From NCBI GenBank assembly GCA_963699755.1, contig CAVOVB010000005.1, positions 160,001 to 224,000 on the forward strand: 64,000 bases of DNA, in the 5' to 3' direction. Shown here piece after piece: positions 19,369 through 29,673 of this stretch. Both the position numbers and the translations under genes were made by a program. The DNA is from an uncultured delta proteobacterium. GTDB lineage: Bacteria; Myxococcota_A; Polyangia; Polyangiales; Houyiibacteriaceae. The notes beneath the pieces are model-generated. The model was not told the origin of the DNA. It was given only the letters and a program-made list of their open reading frames with translations, and searched no databases. Position 1 is the stretch's first letter, and each line of letters opens with the position of its first letter.

Positions 19369-20478
19369 ATGCGATTTGTCCACGTCGTCGGGGCGAGACC
19401 GAACTTCATGAAGATCGCGCCCATCATGAGGGCTCTCGCGAAACACCGCGGCGTGGAGCAGCTGCTGGTTCACACGGGCCAGCACTACGACCCAAAGATG
19501 TCACAGGTCTTCTTCGACGACCTCGAGCTTGCCCCCCCAGACGTCGAGCTCGGCATTGGCTCGGACCGGCATGGCACACAGACCGGTCGCATGATGATCG
19601 CGCTGGATCGCGCGTTCACCGAGCTTCAGCCCGACTGCGTAGTCGTAGTAGGCGACGTTGATTCGACCGTGGCCGCGGCTCTTGCGGCGGTGAAGCTCAG
19701 GATCCCGTGCGCCCACGTCGAGGCTGGTCTTCGCTCGTTTGACCGGTCGATGCCGGAAGAAATAAACCGCATCATCACTGACGGAGTCGCCGATCTGCTG
19801 CTCACTCCGTCCGCCGACGCGGACGCAAACCTGTTGGCCGAAGGGATCCCATCCACGGCGATACATCGGGTCGGGAACGTCATGATCGATACGCTTCTGA
19901 TGCACCTAGAGAGCGCAAGAGCGCGGCCAACGCTCGATTCTTTTGGGGTGACGCCGCAAGCCTATGCACTCGCGACATTGCATCGCCGCTCGAACGTGGA
20001 CAGTCCCATCGTTCTGGAGGGGTTACTTGGCGCACTCGAATGGATCCAAGAAAGGATTCCGGTCGTCATGCCGCTTCACCCGCGAACCAGAAAGCGCCTC
20101 GAGGACCTTTCGTTGATCGGCAGGGCGAACGCAATGCCGGGTCTCCATCTGAGCGAACCTCTCGGCTACCTCGACTTCCTCTCTTTGACTGCAGCTGCGA
20201 AATTCGTCTTGACCGATTCGGGCGGGCTTCAGGAGGAAACCACGGCGCTAGGTGTTCCCTGCCTCACGATGCGTCCGACCACAGAGCGCCCTGCGACGGT
20301 TTCGGTGGGAACAAACATCGTCGTGGGCTCCGACCCGCACGCAATTCGGCAGAGAGTCGCAGAGCTTCTCGCCGGTCGCGGAAAAACCGGGGCGGTTCCC
20401 GAGCTCTGGGATGGGCAGGCGAGTCACCGTGCCGCCGAGGTCTTGGTCGACCACGTCCGCCGCGTCTCCAAAGGCTGA
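19369..20478 (+). CDS. wecB: Non-hydrolysing UDP-N-acetylglucosamine 2-epimerase (second paralog)
   Basis: VGARPNFMK, HTGQHYD, HVEAGLRSFD, MPEEINR, TDSGGLQEET, TERP. Confidence 0.92.
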   Translation: MRFVHVVGARPNFMKIAPIMRALAKHRGVEQLLVHTGQHYDPKMSQVFFDDLELAPPDVELGIGSDRHGTQTGRMMIALDRAFTELQPDCVVVVGDVDSTVAAALAAVKLRIPCAHVEAGLRSFDRSMPEEINRIITDGVADLLLTPSADADANLLAEGIPSTAIHRVGNVMIDTLLMHLESARARPTLDSFGVTPQAYALATLHRRSNVDSPIVLEGLLGALEWIQERIPVVMPLHPRTRKRLEDLSLIGRANAMPGLHLSEPLGYLDFLSLTAAAKFVLTDSGGLQEETTALGVPCLTMRPTTERPATVSVGTNIVVGSDPHAIRQRVAELLAGRGKTGAVPELWDGQASHRAAEVLVDHVRRVSKG

Positions 20479-20481
20479 CCG

Positions 20482-21999
20482 TTGTCTACACGGCTGAGAA
20501 ATCTCGGAGAGCGCTTGAAGGTCGGCGCGCAGTGGTCGAGCGCCGAGATTCTACTGAGCGTCCCAATCCGGCTCGGCACCTTGGCCATCCTAGCTCGAAT
20601 GCTGACGCCGACCGAGTTCGGGGTATTTGCCGCGGGAGTGACCGTCATCGAGTTTGCCCGTCCGATGAGCACTCTCTGCATGGACCACGCGCTGGTTCAG
20701 AGTAGGACGCTTACGGCAGAAAGCATCGCGTTTGCGTCGGCCTTCGCACTAGGGCTCTCTTTAGCCGTCGCGGCTGTGATCGCCCTCAACGCAAACATGG
20801 TCCTCTTGCTATATGACGACCCGCAGGTGCCCGGCCTGCTCGTGGGACTGGCCTGGTCGGTGCCTCTCGCCGCCGTGTCCAGTCTACTGCTCGCGATCTT
20901 GCGGCGAGATTTGGCCTTTCGAGCGCTATCCATCATTGCCCTTCTCTCCTCCACCATCGCATCACTGACCACAGTCGTCCTAGCCGTGGCAGGCTGGGGT
21001 ATCTGGGCGCTGGTCGCGGGCTACTACACCGACCTCGCGCTCAAAGTTATCTTCGCAGGCTTGCTGGTTCGCCCAGGGTTCGTCCGCCTCCGGATCGGCC
21101 AAGAGACCCGTCGTATGCTGCGGTTCGGGGCTGGCAGCACGCTCTCGTTGATGCTGAATTTCTGGGCCCTCCACGGCGACTACGTAGTCATTGGCAGTGT
21201 GCTCGGTTCGAAGCCCCTCGGATACTACAGCCGCTCCTATCAGCTGATCTCCACCGTCCCGGGCATGCTCGGCCGCCTGCAGAGCATGGTCCTTTTTCCA
21301 GCGTTCTCCCGCGCACAAAGCGATCGGAGCTATCTGGCGAAAGCTTTGCGCGTTGGCACCGAGGCCACCGCCGCCTTTACACTTCCTTTGTGTGCCTGGG
21401 GTTTGGTCCTCGGGCCGGAGACTATCTTCGTGTTGCTGGGACCCGGCTGGGAGGAGGCCGTCGTTCCGTTCCAGATCCTCGCGCTGGGTCTCTACTTCCG
21501 CTCGACGCAGAGTTTTGCTGCGAGCATCATCTTGGCGACCGGTCACGTGTTCTCGTTTTCCGCAATTCAGGGAATCTACGCGGTTCTGATCGTCGCTGGC
21601 GGACTGTTCGGAGCTCAATGGGGAATCGCGGGCGTCGCCATGGCCACACTCCTGGCACTGTTCGTTTTCTATTTCCTACTGTACGGACTTGCGGCTTGGG
21701 TGAGCGGTGCGTCGCTGTGGTCTCTTCCTCGTGTTCACGTTGGTCCCGTGCTAGTCTTCGCCATCGTCATCGTGACCGCCGCGCTCGGACGGACCTGGCT
21801 CCGGGCTCTCGACTCGCCGCCAATCGCTGTCCTGATCGGCAGCGTTGCGCTGGGTGTCGTTGCCTTGATCGGTCTGACCCGGCTGCTCAAGAGCCGCCTC
21901 TGGGGAGACTTTCTCTACCAACACGGGCTGAGCGCGCTGGGGCTGAGCCTACCCGCAACGGACGCTGCGAACCAGGAGCACGATGACATCGAGACCTGA
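20482..21999 (+). CDS. PST-family flippase (WzxC-like lipopolysaccharide biosynthesis protein)
   Basis: LARMLTPTEFG, D..VIG..LG...LGYYSRSY, VLFPAFSR, LLGPGWEEAV. Confidence 0.85.
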   Translation: MSTRLRNLGERLKVGAQWSSAEILLSVPIRLGTLAILARMLTPTEFGVFAAGVTVIEFARPMSTLCMDHALVQSRTLTAESIAFASAFALGLSLAVAAVIALNANMVLLLYDDPQVPGLLVGLAWSVPLAAVSSLLLAILRRDLAFRALSIIALLSSTIASLTTVVLAVAGWGIWALVAGYYTDLALKVIFAGLLVRPGFVRLRIGQETRRMLRFGAGSTLSLMLNFWALHGDYVVIGSVLGSKPLGYYSRSYQLISTVPGMLGRLQSMVLFPAFSRAQSDRSYLAKALRVGTEATAAFTLPLCAWGLVLGPETIFVLLGPGWEEAVVPFQILALGLYFRSTQSFAASIILATGHVFSFSAIQGIYAVLIVAGGLFGAQWGIAGVAMATLLALFVFYFLLYGLAAWVSGASLWSLPRVHVGPVLVFAIVIVTAALGRTWLRALDSPPIAVLIGSVALGVVALIGLTRLLKSRLWGDFLYQHGLSALGLSLPATDAANQEHDDIET

Positions 22000-24463
22000 G
22001 CTGGAGCTCAGCCATCCTATTGGCTCGCATCTCCCGATCGCCGCCGATACTGCGACCCTCTGCGCGCTCGTCCTCATCGGACCGCAGCTCTTCGGAGGCG
22101 CGTTTCCCTGGTCGGTCTTCGTCATTGTGGGGCTTTCGCTCGTCGCTCTCGCCACGGCGCTCTGGGTGCATCGATCGTCGCCACCCCCCACGATCGATAG
22201 CTTGTTCGTCATGATGGGCGCGGCTTGGCTCTGGACCTGCGTCCAGGCCGTTCCACTGCCTGCAGGGATCGCCCGCGGGCTCGGACTGGCCTCCGTCACG
22301 AACGCTGAGCGCCTGCAAGGGCTTGCTTGGGCGGGTCAGATCCCTCTCACGATCTCCTCCGACCCCGGTTCGACTCAACTCCAAGTCCTAGTTGGGGTCG
22401 CCATCCTCGCCGCATTCCTCGCAGCGAGGATGGGCGGGCCATCCGGACTGAGACCGATCGCGATCGCGACCGTGTTCTCCGCCCTACTCCTTGGCATCGA
22501 GGGCATCGCGCACCGCGCCGCCGGCGCAGATGCTGTTTTTGGGGTCTACGCGCCCAGATTCGTCAAACCGCAATTGCTGACCCCATTGATGAACGGCAAC
22601 CACCTCGGTGGCCTTGCCTTGATGGGTGCATTGATCGCCGCCGGGCTTGCCGCACAAAAGCGCGATGGACGATCCAGGCTTGCCTGGGCGATTGGCTCCG
22701 GCATCTGCGCGAGCATCGTCGCCCTCACTTTCTCCCGTGGTGCCATTGGGAGCCTGCTCTTCGGTGTCATCTTGTTCGCAGCCTGGCTCGTCCGAGGCGC
22801 GCGATCTGAACGCCGTAGCGCGACCATCCCCGCCGGCGTAGTTGGAGCGGCCACCGTCGGTGTCCTGACGTTCGCAAGCCTGGAACCGATACTAAGTCGC
22901 TTCGAGACCCAAGGTTTCGACAAGCTTGCGGTCGCTGGTCGCGGCTTGCGACTGTTGCATGGCTCGGCGTGGTGGCTCGGAATCGGTCGAGGGGCTTTCT
23001 CTTCCGCCTTCGTGGCCGAAGAGGGGTCCTTGGCGCGCTATACGCACCCAGAAAACATCCTGGTCCAGTGGACCACTGAATGGGGCGTACCGGTGGCGTT
23101 TGCGCTGCTCTTGGTCTTGGCACTCGCGTTGTGGAAGCGACTGCGCGCTGCGGAGCAACCGCTGGTGGCCGGAACCTGTATCGCAATTCTGGCCTTGAGC
23201 GTTCAGAATCTGGTCGATTTCAGCCTCGAGATGGCCGGCATCGCCGCGATCGCCGCAGCCCTGCTGGGTGCGCTCTTGCCCGCGTCGAGCGAGTCGCGTT
23301 CGACCCCATCCCTACGGCTGTCCGCACTCATTCTCGTCGCCTTCACTTTGATTTCGGGAGTCATGGGGACCCGGAGCCTCGGCTATGACACGCAATCGAT
23401 CGTCGATCGGCTGACACGAGCCATGCAATCCGACGACGAAAAGGAGTTTCAGTCCACTCTACACCGGGGACTCGCGCTTCACCCCGGTGAGCCGGCGTTC
23501 GCACTTTTGGCGGGCACGTACGCCGGATCGAAAGGGTACGTGGACGCGCCGCGCTGGTTGGGGGTCGTGATGCAAGAAGCCCCGGGCTGGGCGGCTCCAC
23601 ACGTGGTGGCTGCACAGTGGCTCTTGGACAAAGGGCGGCTCGACCAAGCGTTACTCGAGATCCGCCAGGCAGAAGAACGACAGCCCGGCAGCGCCACGAT
23701 CGTTTCGTGCGAAGCGCTCACTCGCTTCCCGAAGATCGAACACCTCGAGCAAGCCGCACCGCGCGCGGACCTGCGTGTACCCTACCTGGACCGGACCTCC
23801 GCCTGCCCCGCGCTGTCTGCCGAGCTACGCGCTGAGATCGACGCTGCGATCTTGCAGAGCGAGCCGACGCGAGCATCGGCGGTCCTGCGTGAAGCGCGCC
23901 GACTCAGTGCCCAAAGACGGTCGGGCGAGGCCAAGGCGCTCCTCGAACATGCGGTCGAGCGTCACCCCGAAAACGTCAGCCTTTGGGTCACGATCATCGG
24001 AGCGCATCTGCGCGACGGGGAGGTCGAGTCCTCGAGATTGGCTCTGACCCGGGCAAGGTCGAGGGGCCTCGACAGTCGGGCATTGACGGAGGCCCAGGCA
24101 CGCATCGAGGCCGCGCTCGGCGAGACCGCCAAGATGAGGGCCACGATTACGCGCCTCCGCGGGCAGTCCCGAGGCGAGGCATCTCTGGTCGCCGCGTCCT
24201 TCATCTTGGAGGGGCAGCTCGAGGCTTCATTAGGGAACATCGACGAGGCTCTCGCGGCTTATCTTGCGGCCGACGTCGCACGCTCGGAGACGGCCGCCCT
24301 GCAATACGCCGCTACCCTCGCGCTCAAGTCGGGACGAGCGACGCAGGCACTGCGCATCTATCGGACGCTCTGCGCCCGTGAGCCTGGTGGATCCGCCTGC
24401 GCCCAGGAGGCGCGGCTTTCGAGTCAACCGAGAGAAGCCCCGCCGAAACGGCCCATGCCTTGA
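21983..24463 (+). CDS. O-antigen ligase (Wzy_C)-like membrane protein with C-terminal TPR-like region
   Basis: NGNHLGG, TFSRGA, GIGRGAF, THPEN...EWG, NLVDFSLE, followed by Ala/Leu helical repeats. Confidence 0.75.
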   Translation: MTSRPELELSHPIGSHLPIAADTATLCALVLIGPQLFGGAFPWSVFVIVGLSLVALATALWVHRSSPPPTIDSLFVMMGAAWLWTCVQAVPLPAGIARGLGLASVTNAERLQGLAWAGQIPLTISSDPGSTQLQVLVGVAILAAFLAARMGGPSGLRPIAIATVFSALLLGIEGIAHRAAGADAVFGVYAPRFVKPQLLTPLMNGNHLGGLALMGALIAAGLAAQKRDGRSRLAWAIGSGICASIVALTFSRGAIGSLLFGVILFAAWLVRGARSERRSATIPAGVVGAATVGVLTFASLEPILSRFETQGFDKLAVAGRGLRLLHGSAWWLGIGRGAFSSAFVAEEGSLARYTHPENILVQWTTEWGVPVAFALLLVLALALWKRLRAAEQPLVAGTCIAILALSVQNLVDFSLEMAGIAAIAAALLGALLPASSESRSTPSLRLSALILVAFTLISGVMGTRSLGYDTQSIVDRLTRAMQSDDEKEFQSTLHRGLALHPGEPAFALLAGTYAGSKGYVDAPRWLGVVMQEAPGWAAPHVVAAQWLLDKGRLDQALLEIRQAEERQPGSATIVSCEALTRFPKIEHLEQAAPRADLRVPYLDRTSACPALSAELRAEIDAAILQSEPTRASAVLREARRLSAQRRSGEAKALLEHAVERHPENVSLWVTIIGAHLRDGEVESSRLALTRARSRGLDSRALTEAQARIEAALGETAKMRATITRLRGQSRGEASLVAASFILEGQLEASLGNIDEALAAYLAADVARSETAALQYAATLALKSGRATQALRIYRTLCAREPGGSACAQEARLSSQPREAPPKRPMP

Positions 24464-24505
24464 CGGTTTCCCCCAGATCGAGAACGCTAGTGAACGGGGC
24501 GCGCC

Positions 24506-26716
24506 ATTCAAGAAGTCAGAAAACAAGATCCGTCCGTAGAGGAACCCGAGTTCGACCTTCGCGAGGTCGCCCATGCGCTTTGGGAGTACAAGTGGCTGAT
24601 CGCTGCGATCACCTCGCTGGTGCTGGTGGCGGGAACCGTTTGGACCCTTCGAACCCCGAAGATCTACGAAGCCGCCTCCACGATCGAATACGATCCCAAC
24701 CCCTCGAGGCCGCTCGGCGCAGAAGTCCAGGATGTAGCAGATCCGATCGGAAACTACTGGGCCACGAGGGAGTTTTTCGGCACGCAGAACCTGGTGATCG
24801 CGAGTCGCGATGTTGCGGGACGCGTCGTTCGGAAGCTCGGGCTGCACGAGGATCCCAGCTACCTGACTCAGGACGACGACACACCGAGCGAGACAGGCAA
24901 CGTCGAAGCGACCGCGCTCGCGGTCCAGTCTCGCCTCACCGTGGAGCCCATCCCCGAAACGCGACTCGTGCAAATTTTTGCTCGTGACGTCAAGCCCGAG
25001 CGCGCCAGGCTCATCGCGGACGCCGTAGCTGATGCCTATGTCCAGAAGACGATCGAAGACCGACTCGAATCGACCGATCGCGCCAAGGATTGGCTCGAGA
25101 GCCAGCTCGCGAGCCTTCGCGAAGAGCTCGAGCAGGCAGAGCTTGCGCTGCACAACTTCAAGAAGGGGCACAACGTCTTGTCGGTCTCGATGGAGGACCG
25201 CCAGAACCTCGTCGCGAGCGACGTTCAAACGACGCACGACAAGCTCACCGAAACCCGCAATCGGCGCATCGAGCTCGACGCCCGCCTCAAGCGTCTCAAA
25301 GCGTCGCTCGGCCGTGGGCCTGACAAAATCGACCCGGCGATCATGGCCGATCATGAAGCCCTGCACGCGCTAGCGACTAGCCTTCGAAGCAAGAGGCAAG
25401 AGCACGATGCCTTGGCGGTGAAGTACGGGGAGCAGCACCCCACCATGAAGACGCTCGCTGAAGAGATCGAGGTGCTGGAAGCTCAGCTTGCCGCGGAGAA
25501 GCGAGAAATCATCGCCTCCGCCGAATTCGACGTACGCCAGGCCATTGCGGTCGAGCAGGGCCTCCGCGCGGCAGCCGGAGAAGCGCACTCGGCAGGCCTG
25601 GACCTGAACCTGCGCGAGATCGAGTATCGGCGCCTCAACCACGACCGAGACAACAAGACGAAGCTCTTCGAAATGGTCTTGCAGCGACTCACGGAAACCG
25701 ACCTCACCCGGATGCTCAAAACGACACATGTTCGGGTCCTCGATCGCGCGCTGCTCCCAGTTACGCCGGTGAGCCCGAACCTCGTCAAGAACATCGGTAG
25801 CTCTTTGCTGGTGGGTCTCTTGCTCGGTCTCGCAGCGGCCTTCTTTGCAAGTCAGCTCGATCGAACGGTTCGTTCCGTCGAATCGGTGGAGGGGCTTGGG
25901 ATCGAAGTGCTCGGAGTCATCCCACACTTGACGACTTCGGAAACAGGAGCCAAGGCCGGCTCCCGGTGGGGTCCCAAACAGGTCAGCCCGGCGACGACGA
26001 GAGAAGAGCTCATCGTCATCGATGAACCGATGTCCCCAGCGGCGGAGACCTTTCGCATGATCCGCACGAATCTGGCGTTCATGTCACCCGACGCCCCGTT
26101 GCGAAGCTTCGTGGTCACGAGCGCGCTGCCGGTCGAGGGGAAGACCACGATAGCGAGCAACCTGGCGATCAGCTTGGCGCAATTCGGGCGCTCGGTGCTG
26201 TTGGTCGACTCGGACTTGCGGCGACCTAGGCTTCACGGCGTCCTCGAAGTCGACAATAACATTGGTCTCACCTCGCTGGTCCAGGGCCGTAGTACGCTGA
26301 GCGCAACCCTACACAAGACGAAGATCGAGGGGCTGAGCGTGTTGACCTCGGGGCCCATCCCACCCAACCCATCGGAGCTCCTCCACTCCGCTGCCTTTGG
26401 CCGGACCAAGGAAGAGCTGTTGCAGCACTTCGACTATGTCCTTTTCGATAGTCCGCCCATGGGTGCTGTGACCGACGCGGCAATCCTAGCGCCGCAGGTT
26501 GATGGCGTGCTGCTCGTCATCCGAGCCGGCACGAGCACCCTGCATGCGGTCGTGGGGGCTCGGAAGCAGCTGAACAGTGTTTCTGCACGACTGCTCGGCG
26601 CAGTCCTGAACGACGCCGACCTGAGGATCAAAGGTTATCGCTACGGTGCTGGTTCCTACGCGTACCGAAGCGCGGGTGGATATGCGCCCATCCAAGAAGG
26701 CGCCGACGCCGCCTAG
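24506..26716 (+). CDS. wzc: Wzc polysaccharide co-polymerase / tyrosine autokinase; 5' end unresolved
   Basis: Wzz N-terminal motif EFDLREVAHALWEYKWLI lies in frame upstream of 24620; coiled coil; Walker A SALPVEGKTT, VDSDLRRP, FDSPP; C-terminal Tyr cluster YRYGAGSYAY. Confidence 0.88.
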   Translation: MQEVRKQDPSVEEPEFDLREVAHALWEYKWLIAAITSLVLVAGTVWTLRTPKIYEAASTIEYDPNPSRPLGAEVQDVADPIGNYWATREFFGTQNLVIASRDVAGRVVRKLGLHEDPSYLTQDDDTPSETGNVEATALAVQSRLTVEPIPETRLVQIFARDVKPERARLIADAVADAYVQKTIEDRLESTDRAKDWLESQLASLREELEQAELALHNFKKGHNVLSVSMEDRQNLVASDVQTTHDKLTETRNRRIELDARLKRLKASLGRGPDKIDPAIMADHEALHALATSLRSKRQEHDALAVKYGEQHPTMKTLAEEIEVLEAQLAAEKREIIASAEFDVRQAIAVEQGLRAAAGEAHSAGLDLNLREIEYRRLNHDRDNKTKLFEMVLQRLTETDLTRMLKTTHVRVLDRALLPVTPVSPNLVKNIGSSLLVGLLLGLAAAFFASQLDRTVRSVESVEGLGIEVLGVIPHLTTSETGAKAGSRWGPKQVSPATTREELIVIDEPMSPAAETFRMIRTNLAFMSPDAPLRSFVVTSALPVEGKTTIASNLAISLAQFGRSVLLVDSDLRRPRLHGVLEVDNNIGLTSLVQGRSTLSATLHKTKIEGLSVLTSGPIPPNPSELLHSAAFGRTKEELLQHFDYVLFDSPPMGAVTDAAILAPQVDGVLLVIRAGTSTLHAVVGARKQLNSVSARLLGAVLNDADLRIKGYRYGAGSYAYRSAGGYAPIQEGADAA

Positions 26717-27657
26717 GCGATCATATGGGGACGGTGAAGGTGCATCGTCGCCCGCTCGAACCGCGCCTCGCGCGCCCTGGAGGCGACATGGAGAAGCGCC
26801 TTGTCGCGCTCCCAGCGTTTTCGTTCGTCATTGGGCGCGGCGTTCAAGAGCTTCGCGAAAGCGTCGCAGCTGACGAGCTCCGTCACGCGCTGATGGACTC
26901 CGTGAAGCGCAATGTGCACGCGTGGATCGAGGGGCGGGCTTTCGCGAAGTCGATCGAGCGCCACCAGGTCTGCGGTGAGCTCTGCAATCAAGGCTGCGGA
27001 TGAACGCACGCGGCTAGCCAATCCCAGCAGATAGCCGATGGTGGCCCCCAGTACGTGGATATCCTCGGTGGTCCGAAACGGCTTCACGTACCCGAGGTAG
27101 CCGTCACCCGGCAGCCGTTCGCTACGAAGCACCTCGACCCCTTCGAACCGGACGCTCGTGTGAGGGACTTCGGGAACGAAGGGTGTTGCGGGCAGCTCAT
27201 GAAGCACGACGCCTTTGCGGTTCGCGGGGATCGCGACGACGGCGAGGTCGGGCCGGCCGTCGGGTCGTTCACCTTCCCTGGCGACGATGATGAGAGTCTC
27301 TGCGTAGCTCCCAAACGTCACGAAAGTCTTCATGCCATCTAGCTCGTAGTCGTCGGCCTTCGGCGTTAGCGTGGACTCGATCGCGCGCGGTGCGTTCCCC
27401 TTGGCTTCGGTGACACAGAGCGCAGACGGAATCCGCACCCCTTCGATCATCTGCTCGAGTGCGGCTGGGTAGCCCGCCGCGAATGCGAAGCCGAGCCGAT
27501 CGACCTCGGACGAAACGAGAACGGCCGCCGCGAGCGGAGAAGCACCGGCCCTACGCTTGCTCCGATACGCCCCCCAGACTTCCCAGAGATCCCGCATCGG
27601 CGAGGTGGCTGCGTCCCCCGAAAGCACATCGAGCACGGTCGGCCCCTTCCGGTCCAC
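26713..27657 (-). CDS. Acyl-CoA dehydrogenase-like protein (short form)
   Basis: ALCVTE, LDGMKTFVT, PFVPEVPH, LPGDGY..YVKPFRTTED. Confidence 0.75.
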   Translation of the reverse strand: MDRKGPTVLDVLSGDAATSPMRDLWEVWGAYRSKRRAGASPLAAAVLVSSEVDRLGFAFAAGYPAALEQMIEGVRIPSALCVTEAKGNAPRAIESTLTPKADDYELDGMKTFVTFGSYAETLIIVAREGERPDGRPDLAVVAIPANRKGVVLHELPATPFVPEVPHTSVRFEGVEVLRSERLPGDGYLGYVKPFRTTEDIHVLGATIGYLLGLASRVRSSAALIAELTADLVALDRLRESPPLDPRVHIALHGVHQRVTELVSCDAFAKLLNAAPNDERKRWERDKALLHVASRAREARFERATMHLHRPHMIA

Positions 27658-27843
27658 GGGCGGAACCTAGCACCCAAAGGCCCGAAATTGGAGCTGTCGA
27701 CGATATGCAGTTCATCGACGGCATTCTGTCGGCGACCTCTCGTTGACGAGGGCCGAAAAGACCGGGATAACTTCTCTCTCGACGGGCACCCAGCGTGCCC
27801 TTTGGAGTCGAAGACAAGCATCACATCGGAGGAAAGAGAAGCC

Positions 27844-28263
27844 ATGCCAGAGCTCAAAGGCAGTAAGACCCACGAAAACCTCGCAGCTGCGTTCGCTGGT
27901 GAGTCCCAGGCCAACCGACGCTACCTGTACTTTGCCAAGGTCGCCGACGTCGAAGGGTACCCCGAGGTTGCAGGCAACTTTCGTGAGACCGCGGAAGGGG
28001 AAACCGGCCACGCGCACGGACACCTCGACTATCTGAAGAAAGTTGGCGATCCGGCCACGGGCTTGCCAATCGGAGACACCGCTCTCAACCTCGCAGCCGC
28101 AGTCGCTGGCGAGACGCACGAGTACACCGACATGTACCCGGGCTTCGCGAAGACCGCACGTGAAGAGGGATTCGGCGAGATCGCCGACTGGTTTGAGACC
28201 TTGGCAAAAGCGGAGAAGTCCCACGCAGGCCGCTTCCAGTCGCTACTCGACGACATCTCCTAG
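27844..28263 (+). CDS. Rubrerythrin family protein without rubredoxin domain
   Basis: [51 protein letters not shown] 27844 downstream of GGAGG. Confidence 0.93.
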   Translation: MPELKGSKTHENLAAAFAGESQANRRYLYFAKVADVEGYPEVAGNFRETAEGETGHAHGHLDYLKKVGDPATGLPIGDTALNLAAAVAGETHEYTDMYPGFAKTAREEGFGEIADWFETLAKAEKSHAGRFQSLLDDIS

Positions 28264-28281
28264 TCAGGGCCATCGAAGCGC

Positions 28282-29673
28282 GTGAGCGAAGAAAGCAAGA
28301 GGCAGATCTCGTACCAGCCCACCGACGGGTTGAGCTACGATCCCAGCGAAGTGAAGTACTGGGACGAAGACGCGCTCGACAAGGAAATCGAGCGCGTCTT
28401 CGAGGTGTGCCACGGCTGCCGCATGTGCTTCAAATACTGTGACTCGTTTCCAATCCTGTTCTCCGCAATCGACGAACAGCACGATGGTGATGTTCGAAAG
28501 CTGACGCCACTCGACACGCAGCGGGTCATGGACGCTTGCTTTCAGTGCAAGCTCTGCGAGGTGCAGTGCCCCTATACCCCACGTGACGGGCACGAGTTCA
28601 AAGTAGATTTCCCGAAGCTCGTGCACCGCTACGATGCGATCCGGTATCGTAAGCACGAGCAACAGCACAAGCTGCGTCTGAAACTCCTCGAAGACCCGGA
28701 CCGGACGAGCGCCATGGCTCGAGCCAGCTTCGGCGTGGCGAACGTGATGAACCGCGTAGGCATTCATCGATGGTTCATGGAGAAGCTGGTAGGGATCGAT
28801 CGACGCAAGCTCTTGCCGGATTTTGCGCAGATGACCTTCGAGTCCTGGGCGAGAAACGCCGGTTTGATGGACAAGGGTGTCGGCGGCGAAGCCGTGCTTT
28901 TTCAAACCTGCTACGTGCAAGGCAATGAACCCCAGATTGGGATCGATACCGTCGAGGTGTTCGAGAAGAACGGCGTCGACGTTCGCTGTGAAAAGGGACT
29001 CGAGTGCTGCGGTATGCCGGCTTGGGAAGGCGGCAATCTCGAGCTTCTGCAAAAGAAGGCACATGCCAACCTGGATCGGTTGATGCCCTACGTGGGCGCC
29101 GGCGCAAAGGTGGTCGCGCTCAATCCAACCTGCTCGATGATGCTTCGGCGCGAATACCCCGAGCTGCTCGAAGGCGCGGACCGCGAGCGCGCCAAAGAGC
29201 TGGCCGCGGCAGTGGCGGACCCAAGCGAGTTCATCTGGTCGCTTCGCAAGGAACAACGATTCAACACCGAGTTCAAGAGCTCTCCCGGGCACCAGGTCGC
29301 CTACCATGCGCCCTGTCATCTCCGAACGCAGGGCATCGGCTTCAAGGGGCGAGATCTACTTCGCAAGATTCCGGGGGTGACCCCGGCGACGGTCATGGAG
29401 TGTTGCGGGCACGACGGCACGCACGCGATGACCGTCGAAGGCTTCGAGTACTCGATTCGAGTCGGTCAGAAGGCATTCGACGAGATGAAAGAGGCCAACG
29501 CGGAGATCTGGGCGACCGATTGTCCCCTGGCCGCGATTCAGTTCCAACAGCATGCCGGGGTCAAACCCTTGCATCCCATGTCGATCCTCGCGCGGGCCTA
29601 TCGCCAGGATGGCTTCGACGCTCCCAAGGCGTTACCCTCCGGACAGCAGCCTGAAGGAGAGCTGAAAAAGTGA
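28282..29673 (+). CDS. Fe-S oxidoreductase (GlpC/HdrD-like, CCG domains), rubrerythrin-associated
   Basis: CHGCRMCFKYC, CFQCKLCEVQCP, ECCGMP, PTC, HAPCH, ECCGHDG, TDCP. Confidence 0.88.
   Translation: MSEESKRQISYQPTDGLSYDPSEVKYWDEDALDKEIERVFEVCHGCRMCFKYCDSFPILFSAIDEQHDGDVRKLTPLDTQRVMDACFQCKLCEVQCPYTPRDGHEFKVDFPKLVHRYDAIRYRKHEQQHKLRLKLLEDPDRTSAMARASFGVANVMNRVGIHRWFMEKLVGIDRRKLLPDFAQMTFESWARNAGLMDKGVGGEAVLFQTCYVQGNEPQIGIDTVEVFEKNGVDVRCEKGLECCGMPAWEGGNLELLQKKAHANLDRLMPYVGAGAKVVALNPTCSMMLRREYPELLEGADRERAKELAAAVADPSEFIWSLRKEQRFNTEFKSSPGHQVAYHAPCHLRTQGIGFKGRDLLRKIPGVTPATVMECCGHDGTHAMTVEGFEYSIRVGQKAFDEMKEANAEIWATDCPLAAIQFQQHAGVKPLHPMSILARAYRQDGFDAPKALPSGQQPEGELKK

Noticed and set aside
24230..25366. 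Long antisense ORFs (also 28264-29319, 33127-34047, 45839-47104, 55404-56444, 56807-57781, 60723-61784)
   Set aside because: Shadow ORFs expected opposite high-GC genes; no recognisable motifs
27766..27780. GATAACTTCTCTC upstream of rubrerythrin as a Fur/PerR box
   Set aside because: Only a half-site resemblance, without dyad symmetry
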